From: Fibrobacterota bacterium
GTDB taxonomy: Bacteria; Fibrobacterota; Fibrobacteria; UBA11236
Reading direction: 5' to 3'
Assembly (NCBI GenBank): GCA_028287505.1
Contig: JAQBPN010000070.1
Coordinates: 3,671 to 67,670 of the forward strand
DNA: 64,000 bases
Both the position numbers and the translations under genes were made by a program. The notes beneath the pieces were generated by a model, which worked only from the letters and a program-made list of their open reading frames with translations, did not search any database and was not told the origin of the DNA. Positions 62,559-64,000 of this stretch are shown here, one piece after another (position 1 is the first letter of the stretch; each line of letters begins with the position of its first letter).

Positions 62559-64000
62559 TCAAATCAGCCCATGGAGGCTTTTCCCGGAGCCGCCCAGGAT
62601 ATCCACCCTGCGTGCCGTTTCGGGGTCCGGTTCCAGGGCCGGGGCATGATAGGGTTTGATGCGGGCGTCGATAATCAAAGCCCCGCGGCATCCCCAATGC
62701 TTGTCCTCCGTCATGGCCCACAATCCGTGCACGTCCCGGGCGGGATCGGAACGGGTGAACGCCGTCCAGAGGAAATTGTCCAGGGATTTGGCGGCGAAGG
62801 CGGAATCGTCCACCAGGACCACTAGGGGAAAGCCTTTGAGCATGGCGTATCCGGGCGCGTCCGGATTCCCGAAATCCTCCTCCCATTTCCGGATCAACCG
62901 ATTGAGGTCGACCCGGGCCGCGGCCGGATCCCGGAAGGCGGGAGCGGAGATGGCAAGCACGCCCGGCATGACCAAGGCTACGTCGGTGAATCCTGCCGGC
63001 AGGCTTTGTTCCAGGGCGGACGGGACTTCCCGGCCCAACTCCCTGCGCCTGTCCCCCGCCGCGGCGATCACGACCTTGGATCCCGCATTAAGGCCGGTGC
63101 CGCTGTAGTCAAGGGTATCCATGGTGGTACGGGTCTGGAAATGGAGATCCGCCCTCCAGTCGGCGCGCTCCAACACATGCCGGAAAAACGCTTCCACGTC
63201 CCGGATGTCCAGGCGCGGCGCGTCTTCGCTCGCGGCGATGAGCAGGTATTTCGCCAAGGACAGCTGGCCGAAGCCGAGCACCGCATTCGCGATGGTGAGG
63301 AGTTCGCGGGGTTTGCGATCCGCGTAAGGCACGTACCTTTCGCTGCCCAATGCGAGCAGGAGCGGATGCACTCCCGAGGCCTCCACCGCATGCACCGCAT
63401 GCAGCCCGGGGATTTCCGCGGGCAATACCGGACCGGCGAATTCATGGATCAATTCCGCCAGATGCGAATCCTCCTGGGGCGGCCGTCCCACCACCGTGAA
63501 CGGCCAAATGGCGTCGCGGCGATGGTAAACCTTGTCCACCTCCATCACCGGGAAGGGATGGGCCAAACTGTAATACCCGAGATGATCGCCGAAAGGACCT
63601 TCCGGCAATGTGCGCGCGGGATCGATGGTGCCTGTGATGCAGAAATCCGCGTCCGCGGAAAGCAGATGGCCGTTCCTGGACCCATGACCGAAGCGGCGGC
63701 CGGCCAGCATGCCGGCGAAAAACACTTCGGGCACGCCTTCCGGCAAAGGCATTACCGCGGACAGGGCATGGGCCGGCGGTCCGCCCACGAACACGCTGAC
63801 GCGCAGCTTTTCCCCGCGGCGGATGGCCGCATGGTGATGCACGCCGATCCCGCGATGGATCTGGTAATGAAAGCCCAATTCGCGGCCGGGACTGAACTCT
63901 CCGCCGGAAAGCTGGATGCGGTACATCCCCAGGTTGGAAAAGCGCAGGCCGGGTTTGTCGGGATGTTCGGTGTAGACCTGGGGCAAGGTGATATAGGCCC
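62559..64000 (-). CDS. UbiD-family (prenylated-FMN-dependent) decarboxylase, partial; N-terminus lies beyond the window end
   Basis: GMYRIQLSGGEFSPGRELGFHYQIHRGIGVHH...ISAPAFRDPAAARVD is UbiD-like. The first in-window Met (63986) falls inside the conserved domain, so the true start lies outside the window. Confidence 0.8.
   Translation of the reverse strand, partial: AYITLPQVYTEHPDKPGLRFSNLGMYRIQLSGGEFSPGRELGFHYQIHRGIGVHHHAAIRRGEKLRVSVFVGGPPAHALSAVMPLPEGVPEVFFAGMLAGRRFGHGSRNGHLLSADADFCITGTIDPARTLPEGPFGDHLGYYSLAHPFPVMEVDKVYHRRDAIWPFTVVGRPPQEDSHLAELIHEFAGPVLPAEIPGLHAVHAVEASGVHPLLLALGSERYVPYADRKPRELLTIANAVLGFGQLSLAKYLLIAASEDAPRLDIRDVEAFFRHVLERADWRADLHFQTRTTMDTLDYSGTGLNAGSKVVIAAAGDRRRELGREVPSALEQSLPAGFTDVALVMPGVLAISAPAFRDPAAARVDLNRLIRKWEEDFGNPDAPGYAMLKGFPLVVLVDDSAFAAKSLDNFLWTAFTRSDPARDVHGLWAMTEDKHWGCRGALIIDARIKPYHAPALEPDPETARRVDILGGSGKSLHGLI

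Overview
The window is 64 kb of high-GC (about 60-62%) chromosomal DNA, apparently from a diderm bacterium. The evidence is a TonB-dependent receptor, several predicted outer-membrane beta-barrels, lipobox lipoproteins, and a DegP/HtrA protease. Coding is dense and there are many overlapping stop/start junctions.

Most genes are housekeeping: mgsA, proS, two class-A PBPs, thrC, degP, proC, rho, panC, serC, queF, hisS, surE, gyrA, zwf, ung, and a partial ubiD-family decarboxylase. There is one tRNA-Arg(ACG). I found no transposase, integrase, phage gene or CRISPR array.

The most interesting region is a signalling island at about 24.9-34.5 kb, built from two divergent operons. One operon encodes a TonB-dependent receptor, a YfiR-family (DUF4154) periplasmic protein and a hybrid sensor histidine kinase. 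The other, facing away, encodes a secreted protein with a 16-residue tandem repeat, an outer-membrane beta-barrel, and an Hpt-REC-GGDEF-REC protein. Together they look like a complete His-Asp-His-Asp phosphorelay ending in c-di-GMP synthesis.

Other points worth a second look:
- Two PBP1A paralogs bracket a GntR/LacI-type regulator.
- A lipoprotein and an OMP sit upstream of a translationally coupled DUF4912-GH57 pair.
- An HPPK-deoxynucleoside kinase fusion gene.
- Rho carries an acidic N-terminal extension.
- tRNA-Arg is followed by three 61-bp palindromic tandem repeats.
- A 28-bp perfect inverted repeat lies inside an unusually G-poor 530-bp intergenic region.

Many long antisense 'shadow' ORFs in the six-frame track are artefacts of the high GC content and were rejected.
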